Program-made: the position numbers and the translations under genes
Part shown: piece by piece, positions 6,204-14,247 of the stretch
Position numbering within the stretch: the first letter of the stretch is position 1
Layout: each line of letters begins with the position of its first letter
Source: a virus
Lineage: Duplodnaviria; Caudoviricetes
IMG/VR virus record: IMGVR_UViG_3300037313_001414
Location: 1-26,196 of that record
Strand: one strand, 5' to 3'
DNA: 26,196 bases
Notes under the pieces: generated by a model
Told to the model about the DNA's origin: nothing
Seen by the model: the letters and a program-made list of their open reading frames with translations, nothing else
Database searches by the model: none

Positions 6204-6315
6204 TGGCGGCGACACGACGCGCGTGTTCTGGTCCACTAGCCCAACCGTCGAAAGACGTACCAGTAGGGAAGGCCCAGCCTAACTTCGGTTGGTAATGGCA
6301 TAATCCAACCCGCCA
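6204..6315 (+). ncRNA. Putative structured non-coding RNA (multibranch, GAAA and cUUCGg tetraloops)
   Basis: Closing helix TGGCGG/CCGCCA; hairpin GACACG/CGTGTT; helix CTGGT/ACCAG enclosing CGTC-GAAA-GACG; arm CCAGCCTAAC-TTCG-GTTGGTAATGG. Confidence 0.6.
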
Positions 6316-6390
6316 ATTTCTAAATCGTCAGAATGTTACAATTACCTGATGGCGTGCCATTGACGGCGCGCCCACCGAGGCTTGTAACAG

Positions 6391-6777
6391 ATGTCAAAAC
6401 GTCGCCCGAAATCAAACCGAGTCGAACACCGAATGGCAGCGTCGCTTGACGCGCTCGCCGAGTTCGAACGCTTTCAAGAAGAAATCCTTCCCATCCTTCA
6501 AACAGCCCTCAAAGAAGGCTGGACTGCTGAAAAGATTTACTCACATCCTAAGGCTCAGGCGCTGCTCGCTGCACGCCAACTCACAATCGGCATCATGAAC
6601 CCGGACCCAGGCAAAGCTCTAGCTGCCATTCAGGACGTGATGAATAGAACGATTGGCAAACCAACTGACAAGGTCGAAGTCAAAGGCAAGCTCGAGAAGA
6701 TGTCCGACGACGAATTGGACGCATTGCTCGCTGCCAAGTTGGCCGATGGGGCGCCCGCCGACGACCAATTGAATTGA
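6391..6777 (+). CDS. Terminase small subunit (putative)
   Basis: Helical 128-aa protein upstream of terL with a C-terminal GKPTDKVEVKGKLEKMSDDELDALL tail typical of TerS; SD GAGG. Confidence 0.65.
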   Translation: MSKRRPKSNRVEHRMAASLDALAEFERFQEEILPILQTALKEGWTAEKIYSHPKAQALLAARQLTIGIMNPDPGKALAAIQDVMNRTIGKPTDKVEVKGKLEKMSDDELDALLAAKLADGAPADDQLN

Positions 6778-6785
6778 GGTCGTTT

Positions 6786-6989
6786 GTGAGTCGTAGTTTT
6801 CGCAAACCCATCTACACAGAAGGCTACAAAGGGAAGGCGCGCAAGCATTCCAAGCGTCTCGCGTCGCGCGCAGTCCGCGCCTCCGACGACATTGCAGACG
6901 GTAAAGCATACAGAAAGCAATTTAACAGTTGGGACATCTGCGATTGGAAGATTCCGGCTCCAAACGATTGGAAGGCGCGCCGCAAATGA
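6786..6989 (+). CDS. Small highly basic conserved-type phage protein (SRSFRK...SWDICDW)
   Basis: GTG 6786 after SD GAGG; K/R-rich; stop overlaps the terL ATG. Confidence 0.6.
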   Translation: MSRSFRKPIYTEGYKGKARKHSKRLASRAVRASDDIADGKAYRKQFNSWDICDWKIPAPNDWKARRK

Positions 6990-8518
6990 GTGGTTTAAGT
7001 CGTGCCGAAAAAATCGAACTCCTTGCCGCGCTTGCAGAAAAGGAGCGCCGCGAAAAGGAAAAGCGCCCAGTATTCAAAGATAGGGCATCAGCAGAGCAGC
7101 TCGAAATTCTGGGCTGCGATGCCATGGAACGGTTTGTGTTTGCAGGCAACGGATTTGGTAAAACAGCATTGGGCGCTGAAGATGTTCGTTGCGCCATCAC
7201 GGGCGCGAATCCCTACAACGGAAAACGCTACCAACCGAACTGCCGCGCCTACATCATCTTGGACAAGCCCGAAAAAATTGACCGCATCATCATCCCAGAA
7301 CTTCGCAAATGGATGAATATACCGCCCGAATGGTGTCACAAGAAGGGTAAGCCATATGTTGCGGAGATATCGGACCCAAACTCTGGCTGGTCGATAACAT
7401 TTCTCTTTTGGGACCAGGACCCGATGACCGCCGAAGGTATCGAAGGCGATTACTTTTGGTTCGATGAGCCGCCGCCGCGCGCCCTCTATATTTCGCTTCG
7501 TCGTGGTGGCCGTACTAAGGGGCGCCGTGCTCGTTACCTGGTTACTGGGACCCCGCTCGCGGCCCCGTGGCTGCGAACCGAAGTCTATGAGCCATGGCTT
7601 AAGGGCGAACGCAAGGACTGTATGTGTTTCAGGGGGCATACAGAGGCAAACAAACACAACCTCGCTGACGGCTACATTGAATCATTCGCCTCTACGCTGT
7701 CAGAAAAGGAGCAGGGAATTCGTTTGCGCGGAGAATTCTTTGACTTGGACGGCCTCGCTTTCAGCCATTTGTTTCGTCGCGAAACCCATGTCATTCAGGA
7801 AAAAGATTGGCATTGGGAGCGCGATAACCCATGTGTTTTGGTTTTTGACCCACACCCAAGCAAGGCTCACCATGCGGTCCTGCTTGGCGTTGACCGCGAA
7901 AACCAGTTCTACATCGTCGAAGAGTTCAAAGAGAAAGCCATTGCGCGCAAGTTCGCGAACAGCCTTGTCGATAAGGGTTGGTTTGACCGCTACCGCATTG
8001 TCGATATTGTTTCCGACTCACTAGGTAGCGCCCAAACTACATCAGGCGAGGGCTTTAGGCCATTCATCGAAGTCGTTTCTGAAGTCCTAAGCCAGCGAGT
8101 CGGCATGCGTTGTCGAGCGACGACCTACGCAGAGAAGGACGAAGAGGATTTCGTTGAGCGTTTCCGCGAAGTCCTCGCTGTACCCGATGAACCGAACAAT
8201 TTCGGGCAACGGATACCAAAACTAAGGGTAAGGGCGCGATGTATTGGCTCCATTGGTGACATTGAAAACTGTCAATGGCAGCGCGATAAGCGGTTGGACG
8301 AAAATAAACCGAAACTCGACATCGCTCACCGCGATTTCTTAAGCTGCATCAAATACGGGCTCGCAACGAACCTTTTCTACAATAAACCGATAAAAACGCG
8401 CCCCCATTACGTCAGCAAACCAGTCTACGGCTTGCCGCCACGCAAAAATGCTAAAATGAGACTTCGAAGCGTTAACCGAAAACAGCCCGCTGTCGTCGAC
8501 GACGATGACGACTGGTAG
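6986..8518 (+). CDS. terL: Terminase large subunit
   Basis: Walker A AGNGFGKT, Walker B YFWFDEPP, motif III TGTP, RNase H-like VFDPHP; start ATG 6986 overlaps the upstream TGA. Confidence 0.92.
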   Translation: MSGLSRAEKIELLAALAEKERREKEKRPVFKDRASAEQLEILGCDAMERFVFAGNGFGKTALGAEDVRCAITGANPYNGKRYQPNCRAYIILDKPEKIDRIIIPELRKWMNIPPEWCHKKGKPYVAEISDPNSGWSITFLFWDQDPMTAEGIEGDYFWFDEPPPRALYISLRRGGRTKGRRARYLVTGTPLAAPWLRTEVYEPWLKGERKDCMCFRGHTEANKHNLADGYIESFASTLSEKEQGIRLRGEFFDLDGLAFSHLFRRETHVIQEKDWHWERDNPCVLVFDPHPSKAHHAVLLGVDRENQFYIVEEFKEKAIARKFANSLVDKGWFDRYRIVDIVSDSLGSAQTTSGEGFRPFIEVVSEVLSQRVGMRCRATTYAEKDEEDFVERFREVLAVPDEPNNFGQRIPKLRVRARCIGSIGDIENCQWQRDKRLDENKPKLDIAHRDFLSCIKYGLATNLFYNKPIKTRPHYVSKPVYGLPPRKNAKMRLRSVNRKQPAVVDDDDDW

Positions 8519-8579
8519 CCGACGACGCGCCACACGTGCGCCCTGAATTTGACAATAAAGACGATTACGGAGTTAACAG

Positions 8580-10811
8580 GTGTCAATCATTAACAAAGAC
8601 CAAGATGTCGTTTCGAATGGCCGCAAGGGCGCCCTCAAGGACGTTGATGCGAGCCTTCGCGACCAAGTCGTTGTAAAGCTTCGCAACCAACTCATCGAGA
8701 AAGAAATCGGAGTGAAGGTTTCAGAACTCTGGACCGCAGGCAATGCGAACCGCGTTGCGTGGGCCGAGAAGATGAAGGTCTACCTTCAATCGATTGATGA
8801 CCACTCGGTTTCAGATACAAGCGGTCCGTTTGCAGGCTCGTCGCGTCTTCATCTCCCAATTCCCTTGATTGTCTGTAAAACGTTCCACTCTCGCATGTAT
8901 CAGGCGCTTATGGGCGTCGATACGCCTTTCTATACGAAAGCGCGCAATCAAGCGTCAAACGAGCGCGTGCAAACCGTCTCCGATACCATGCGCTACTACG
9001 TCTATGACGGTAGCAATTATGGGCGCGGCATCGACCAAGTCGTTGACCTTTGGCTTTGGGACTGGATTACCACGGGAGTCGGCATCAAAAAATGGCGCTG
9101 GGACTGTCGATACGAACGCTTCGTCGATGTCGTTGAAGAGACGGAACCCGGAGTCGCCCGCATCGTTGTGAAGGATGGTGTCGAGCAAGCCGTTCCGACG
9201 ATGCAAGCGGTTGAGAAGGAAGTCACTGTTACCAAGAAGACGTTTGAAGGTCCGGTCTGCGACCTCGTTTCACCGGAAGACATTCGTATCGTTGGGGGCG
9301 GCGGCGACCCGGACTTAGCCGACGCCGTCGTTCATCGTCAATTCCTGACAGCATCTGAACTTTGGACCCTTGCGGACAGGAAAATCTTTGACCTCGATGC
9401 CGTTAAAAAAACCATCGGGGCAGGGAAGGATTACGAGGACGGCGCCCTCGGTAACGAAATCAAACTTCAACGCAAAGAAAATGCCGGCCAAGCCAAGATA
9501 TCAGGCGAAGAAGACTTGGACCGATATGAGATTCTCGAAGCTTACTTATCAATGGATGTCGATGGCAGCGGCATCAATACCAACGTTGTCGTTTGGGTCC
9601 ATAATCGCACCCGAGAATTGCTCCGCGCCACTTACTTGCGCCGTATTTCGCCATCAGGTGAGCGCCCCTTCGTTAAAGCAGACTTTCAGCCGCGCAAAGA
9701 CCAAGAATACGCCGCAGGGATGATTGAACTCATTCACCCACTTGCGCGCGAGATGGATGCTGTCCACAACATGCGCCTTGATTTCGGTCTTCTTTCAACG
9801 ATGCCTTTTGGTTTCTACCGGGCATCGTCAGGAATTGACCCTGCAACGATTCAGCTCGAACCAGGCGCCCTGATTCCAGTTGATAATCCTCAGACCGATG
9901 TCTTCTTTCCAAACTTAGGTAACCGCACTGTATTCGGCATGCAGGAAGAGGCAGCCATTCAGCAGATGATTGAGCGTGTGACTAACATCAATGACATCAA
10001 TCTCGGCATGTTGTCAGGTCAGGGCGCGACCCGCACTGCAACCGGAAGCCGTCTGATTTCGGGCGAAATGTCCTCCAACTTGGACGTCTATCTTCGCCGC
10101 CTAAACAGGGCATGGAAGAAATCACTTCGTTGCTTGCTTCACATGCTTCAGCACCGGATTCCAGAAGGCATGTCGTTCCGCCTGACAGGCGAGGACGGCA
10201 AAGACTATTGGAGAACTATCCAGTCTGCAAAAGAGCTTGAGGGCGATTTTGACATAGAAGTCCTACCGAATTCGCAGTCGTCAAATCAGCAGATACAAAT
10301 CGAGCAAGCCCAGCAGATTATCCAAGTCACTAGTAATCCGCTCTATATTCAGATGGGTCTCGTAGGCGCTCCCGAAATTTACGAATCGCTCAAGAATTTC
10401 TTCACGGCTGTCGGCGTGCGCGACTTCGGCCGCTACCTAACGAAGATGGACCCGAACATGGCTTACGCAAAACTTACGCCTGAGCAAGAAGCTAACTTGG
10501 TCCTTCATGGCATTGACGTGCCAGTTATGCCGCAAATGGACCATGAGGGATTCATCGCTTGGTTTGAGATGGCGCACGATAACGACGAGATTCTGGGCCA
10601 ATTCAACGAAGAACAAACGATTCGCCTTTCACGTCAAGCAAAGCAGCACGCCCAGATGCAAGACGCGCTTAAACAAATGGCTGCACAGCAAGCCAACAGT
10701 CAACAGATGCGTATGAACGCGGCTCTGTCGGCACAACAGGCTCCGATTGCAGCCCCAGGACAGAGTGCAGTTGTCGGCGCAAGTGGCCCGATGCCAGGCG
10801 CGCTTCAGTAG
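8580..10811 (+). CDS. Portal protein (P22-like, long Q-rich C-terminal barrel)
   Basis: 743 aa directly after terL; RPFV, IERVTNI..INLG, TRTATG..LI motifs; Q/A-rich C-terminus; SD GGAG. Confidence 0.88.
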   Translation: MSIINKDQDVVSNGRKGALKDVDASLRDQVVVKLRNQLIEKEIGVKVSELWTAGNANRVAWAEKMKVYLQSIDDHSVSDTSGPFAGSSRLHLPIPLIVCKTFHSRMYQALMGVDTPFYTKARNQASNERVQTVSDTMRYYVYDGSNYGRGIDQVVDLWLWDWITTGVGIKKWRWDCRYERFVDVVEETEPGVARIVVKDGVEQAVPTMQAVEKEVTVTKKTFEGPVCDLVSPEDIRIVGGGGDPDLADAVVHRQFLTASELWTLADRKIFDLDAVKKTIGAGKDYEDGALGNEIKLQRKENAGQAKISGEEDLDRYEILEAYLSMDVDGSGINTNVVVWVHNRTRELLRATYLRRISPSGERPFVKADFQPRKDQEYAAGMIELIHPLAREMDAVHNMRLDFGLLSTMPFGFYRASSGIDPATIQLEPGALIPVDNPQTDVFFPNLGNRTVFGMQEEAAIQQMIERVTNINDINLGMLSGQGATRTATGSRLISGEMSSNLDVYLRRLNRAWKKSLRCLLHMLQHRIPEGMSFRLTGEDGKDYWRTIQSAKELEGDFDIEVLPNSQSSNQQIQIEQAQQIIQVTSNPLYIQMGLVGAPEIYESLKNFFTAVGVRDFGRYLTKMDPNMAYAKLTPEQEANLVLHGIDVPVMPQMDHEGFIAWFEMAHDNDEILGQFNEEQTIRLSRQAKQHAQMQDALKQMAAQQANSQQMRMNAALSAQQAPIAAPGQSAVVGASGPMPGALQ

Positions 10812-10839
10812 TCATTAAAAAGAAAGGCAGGATGCCGCC

Positions 10840-11079
10840 ATGCAATTGACCGATAAAGAGGACCTGCTCGACTTGCTCGAAATGGATGGTTACAAGCTTC
10901 TACTCCAAGAGATGGAAGCCCTCGTCCGCGCTCAAGAACTAAAAGTGCTACAATATTCGTTAACAGACACCAATTCCATACAAGAACTCGCTTTAGAGAA
11001 GGCTCGCGCAGAAGGCGCGAACCGTTTGTTCGACGCATTCAAGCGACGAATGAACACAATCCGGCCTACTAAGAAGTAA
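10840..11079 (+). CDS. Small hypothetical protein between portal and scaffold
   Basis: Helical 79-aa ORF with SD; conserved position in P22-like head modules. Confidence 0.75.
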   Translation: MQLTDKEDLLDLLEMDGYKLLLQEMEALVRAQELKVLQYSLTDTNSIQELALEKARAEGANRLFDAFKRRMNTIRPTKK

Positions 11080-11145
11080 GCCAACTGCAACTTTTTAACC
11101 GAAATTTGCAGCAATCGAGTGACGACGTAATCGTTGGAGTCCAGT

Positions 11146-11835
11146 ATGGAAGACAATCAAAATGTTGGCGAAAACACGTCAACTGAATCTCAAGTCGAAG
11201 CTACTGCAAGCAATCAGGCAGAAGACCCAATTAAAAACCTCAAAGCTGAAATGAACCGCAAGTTGGAAAACACCAACGCGCAGCTACAAGCTTTGTTGGC
11301 AGCAATCAATACACAAAATAAACCAGCCCCAAGTGAGCCCGCCAAGAAAGTCAGCGTGTTCGAAGATGAGGAGGCCTACGCCGCCCGAGTCGTCGCTGAA
11401 GCCGAAGCGAGAATCGAAAAGAAGCTCGCTAAAGAAAGAGAACAACAAACCAAACAGGCTCAAACCATCAATCAACTCGTGATGGAATTCCCAGAACTCG
11501 CACAGCAGGACCACTCGCTCACGAAGCGCGCTGTCGAAATCTACAATTCGTTATCTGATGACGAGAAAAATTCTCCAATCGCTTACAAGGCAGCAGTCAA
11601 AGAGGCAGCCCTTGAACTCGACATCAAACCGAAGGCAAAGCGCAGTCAGCAACGCAAGGAAGACGATTCCTTTAGCCTCGGCGGTTCAAGCCAAGGCAGC
11701 AAGCGCCCGGCACCCGCAAGCGAAGTCGATAAGGTTCGCGAATCCCTTGCTGAAGCGTTTGGAATTAAACTCACACCTGAAGTGAAAGAGCGCCTTAAGT
11801 CGAATGCCAAAAAAGATTTCAAACGATTTTCTTAA
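11146..11835 (+). CDS. Scaffolding protein (putative)
   Basis: Acidic, coiled-coil, low-complexity N-terminus; located between portal and MCP; SD GGAG before ATG 11146. Confidence 0.75.
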   Translation: MEDNQNVGENTSTESQVEATASNQAEDPIKNLKAEMNRKLENTNAQLQALLAAINTQNKPAPSEPAKKVSVFEDEEAYAARVVAEAEARIEKKLAKEREQQTKQAQTINQLVMEFPELAQQDHSLTKRAVEIYNSLSDDEKNSPIAYKAAVKEAALELDIKPKAKRSQQRKEDDSFSLGGSSQGSKRPAPASEVDKVRESLAEAFGIKLTPEVKERLKSNAKKDFKRFS

Positions 11836-11866
11836 AACTGCAACTATCTAAAAAAGGAACAAAACC

Positions 11867-12337
11867 ATGGAAATCAAAAACGGTAAAAAACCAATTGCTT
11901 CTAAACCTAAAACTATGTCGCCCACATCACTCGATGACATCTTCGGTAACACGCTGGCAGTTTCTCCGGAAATCGCTCGTGCTATTGCATCCAAAGGTAA
12001 TGAATACCGTTGGATTAGCTTCACGAAATACACCCAAATGGGTAACAGTCACGAGCGCGCATGGCGTCCCGTTAAACGTAGCGAATGTGGTATGATTGAC
12101 CCTACCTCCCTCCAAAATGGCTCAGACGTCGATGGTTACATCCGTCGTGGTGACTTGGTTCTCGCGGTTCGCCCGAAAGAACTGGGTGACAAGCATCGTT
12201 CTATTCTGAAGGCTGATGCCAACAGGGCTAAGAACGTGCAGAAAAACCACGCTGATGAGTTACGTCAGTTCGTCAGGCAAGCAGGAATCAATGCGAAGAT
12301 TTCTGAAGGCTATGAAAACGACGGTGAAGAATCATAA
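11867..12337 (+). CDS. Head-module hypothetical protein (GNEYRWI...DLVLA type)
   Basis: 156-aa ORF with SD AAGGA; proteins of this pattern commonly precede gpT-like capsid genes (from memory). Confidence 0.75.
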   Translation: MEIKNGKKPIASKPKTMSPTSLDDIFGNTLAVSPEIARAIASKGNEYRWISFTKYTQMGNSHERAWRPVKRSECGMIDPTSLQNGSDVDGYIRRGDLVLAVRPKELGDKHRSILKADANRAKNVQKNHADELRQFVRQAGINAKISEGYENDGEES

Positions 12338-12521
12338 TCGGCGAAAGCCGAGTAACAATTGCTTTTCTCGCCCGCGGGTAGAGCAAAAAATAAATGGATT
12401 GGATGTTTGTTGAATTGCTTGAGGCGATAGGCGTTTCAAGCAATTCCGTAAGCGGCCAATCTTCAACAAATGAACGCCTGGCGGCAGGTTACCTGAAAGG
12501 GATAACGACTAAGCCGGGCGT
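12338..12521 (+). ncRNA. Putative structured RNA / cis-regulatory leader of major capsid gene
   Basis: At least six helices with G-U pairs, two GAAA tetraloops and a pseudoknot-order pairing, filling the entire 200-nt intergenic gap. Confidence 0.65.
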
Positions 12522-12539
12522 AAAAAAGGAGATACGGAA

Positions 12540-13472
12540 ATGGCCGCACCTGATGCCCTCCGTTCTGGTTATGCCGATTTTGTCGGCTCTGCAATGCTTC
12601 CGGTCCTCGAAGAGACCTTCAGAAGCGAATACAATCAAGCTGCTGGTAAGCGTGAAATGCTTGCTAAAGTTGTGTCGACCGACACCAACATTTGGCAGTA
12701 CACCGAAATGCACGATATGCCGCTCTTCAGCTCCGTTAACGAAGGCGCTGACTATGGCACCGGCCGCATTAAACAGGGTTCGGATAAAACCATCACCGTC
12801 GTTAAATACGGCTTGATGGCGAACTTCTCGGAAGAACTCATCGAAGACTCGAAGTACGGCCACATCGCCGACACTTTGAAAAAGATGGCGAAGTCCGCTC
12901 GCGAGTCCCAGGAAGTCTCTTTCTTTGACTTGCTCAATAACGGCTTTACCTCTACGACGACCGCCGACGGCCAATACTTGTTCGATACGGACCACACGAC
13001 TCCTACCGGAACCGTGACCGTTCGCAATAAGCTTTCGTCCGACTCTGACCTCTCTGTCACCTCTCTCAAGACGATGATTAAAGACTTCCGCACCCAGTTC
13101 AAGGGTGACAGCGGAATCATCTATGATATCAAGCCAAAATACTTGGTTGTGCCAGAAGACCTTCGTATGGACGCTATCGAAATCGTGAAGTCAGAACTTC
13201 TTTCGGGAACGGCTGACAACAACGTTAACTCGATTAAGGACGAAGGTCTCATCGTCGTTGCTTCTCCGCATCTGTCCGACGCTGATGCTTGGTTCCTGCT
13301 TTCCGACAAGGCTGATAACGGCCTCCGTATCGTGTCCCGTAAGGGCCTCGAAACGAAAGCTGCTGGAAGCGACATTGGCTTCGTGAACGACAGCATTTAC
13401 TTCAAGGCTCGTTACCGTGAAGCCGTTGCTGCTGTTCATCACTACGGTGCTTTCGGTACCCCTGGCGCCTGA
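12540..13472 (+). CDS. Major capsid protein (Mu gpT-like, HK97 fold)
   Basis: 310 aa; VNEGADY, KYGLMANFSEELIED, ADGQYLFDTDH, PKYLVVP, SPHLSDADAWFL, G.FGTPGA end; strong SD AAGGAG and biased codons. Confidence 0.9.
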   Translation: MAAPDALRSGYADFVGSAMLPVLEETFRSEYNQAAGKREMLAKVVSTDTNIWQYTEMHDMPLFSSVNEGADYGTGRIKQGSDKTITVVKYGLMANFSEELIEDSKYGHIADTLKKMAKSARESQEVSFFDLLNNGFTSTTTADGQYLFDTDHTTPTGTVTVRNKLSSDSDLSVTSLKTMIKDFRTQFKGDSGIIYDIKPKYLVVPEDLRMDAIEIVKSELLSGTADNNVNSIKDEGLIVVASPHLSDADAWFLLSDKADNGLRIVSRKGLETKAAGSDIGFVNDSIYFKARYREAVAAVHHYGAFGTPGA

Positions 13473-13476
13473 TTGA

Positions 13477-13526
13477 TTTGTTGGTGTGCGGGGGTTGGCT
13501 AGGCCGACTTCCCGCGCCCCGACGAA
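13477..13526 (+). other. Long G-U-rich RNA hairpin between MCP and next gene
   Basis: TTTGTTGG/CCGACGAA, GTGCGGG/CCCGCGC and GGTTGGC/GCCGACT nested; no U-tract; abuts SD AAGGAG. Confidence 0.6.
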
Positions 13527-13538
13527 AGGAGTATTCAA

Positions 13539-13853
13539 ATGGCAACTCATTTTTCTAGTTTGAACGTCGGTTCAGGTAACGACATCTCCAAGATTCTTAT
13601 CGGCACCGTGAGTGTTAACCCAGCATCGCTGGCAAATGGCGCGGAAGCAGATACGTCTGTTACGATTACGGGCGCAGTTACGGGCGCAGTCGTTGTGATG
13701 AACCCGCCGGCCGCAGGTCTCACCGCAGGCATCGATTGCTGCGGCGCTTGGGTTTCGGCTGCTAACACTGTCAAGATTCGCCTCCGCAACGCGAGCGGCG
13801 GAACCGTTGACGAAGCCGCTGGCACTTGGTCCTATATCATCTTCTGTCCGTAA
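13539..13853 (+). CDS. Capsid decoration / minor virion protein (putative)
   Basis: Beta-rich 104 aa (SVTITGAVTG...AWVSAANTVKIRLRN), co-transcribed with MCP before the terminator. Confidence 0.7.
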   Translation: MATHFSSLNVGSGNDISKILIGTVSVNPASLANGAEADTSVTITGAVTGAVVVMNPPAAGLTAGIDCCGAWVSAANTVKIRLRNASGGTVDEAAGTWSYIIFCP

Positions 13854-13884
13854 AGATTTACGCATCAATAGTGTAAAATATGTT

Positions 13885-13919
13885 GAGGGGTCGCTCTAAC
13901 GGGTGACCCTTTTTCATTT
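13885..13919 (+). terminator. Rho-independent terminator after capsid genes
   Basis: GAGGGGTCGCTC-TAAC-GGGTGACCCT followed by TTTTCATTT. Confidence 0.8.
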
Positions 13920-13938
13920 CAGCCTTTAGGGGTCTCAC

Positions 13939-14247
13939 TTGGCTAACGTTCTTAACGGAAATACATGGTACGTCGACACCGCGCACGCGAGCGCGTCCGA
14001 CGACCTCGCTTTGAAGGACGTCCGCGTATCCTACGTTGTTGTTACAGCGACGGGCGCGAACGCGGTTGTCGTGCTCGGCGACCCGGATACAAACGACACC
14101 AAGCTTGATTTGCGGGTTGCAACATCTGGCTCCTGCGAAGTGTTTGAATTCGACTCCCTCCCGATTCGTTTCCCCAATGGCGTGAAAGTGAAAACCCTTA
14201 CTAACGCGGTCGCCACACTCGTAGGCGTTCAATCGAAAGGTTCATAA
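13939..14247 (+). CDS. Small beta-rich virion protein (hypothetical)
   Basis: TTG start with SD AGGGG; PIRFPNGV motif; stop overlaps the next ATG. Confidence 0.7.
   Translation: MANVLNGNTWYVDTAHASASDDLALKDVRVSYVVVTATGANAVVVLGDPDTNDTKLDLRVATSGSCEVFEFDSLPIRFPNGVKVKTLTNAVATLVGVQSKGS

Noticed and set aside
6204-6315. tRNA gene (GGCGG...CCGCCA ends) or canonical c-di-GMP-I riboswitch
   Set aside because: No TTCGA T-loop, D-loop or 7-nt anticodon loop, and the length is too great for a tRNA. The GEMM ligand-binding junction residues are absent.
12396-12521. HDV-like ribozyme (7-bp P1 starting with G-U) or group I intron remnant
   Set aside because: P1' is followed directly by the second pseudoknot strand, with no P1.1, P4 or catalytic C. 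No group I P7 partner (TAGTC) is present.
12394-12816. 140-aa ORF overlapping the MCP start, and other long shadow ORFs in the structural operon
   Set aside because: They are out-of-frame or antisense to well-supported genes, have no SD and have non-protein-like composition.
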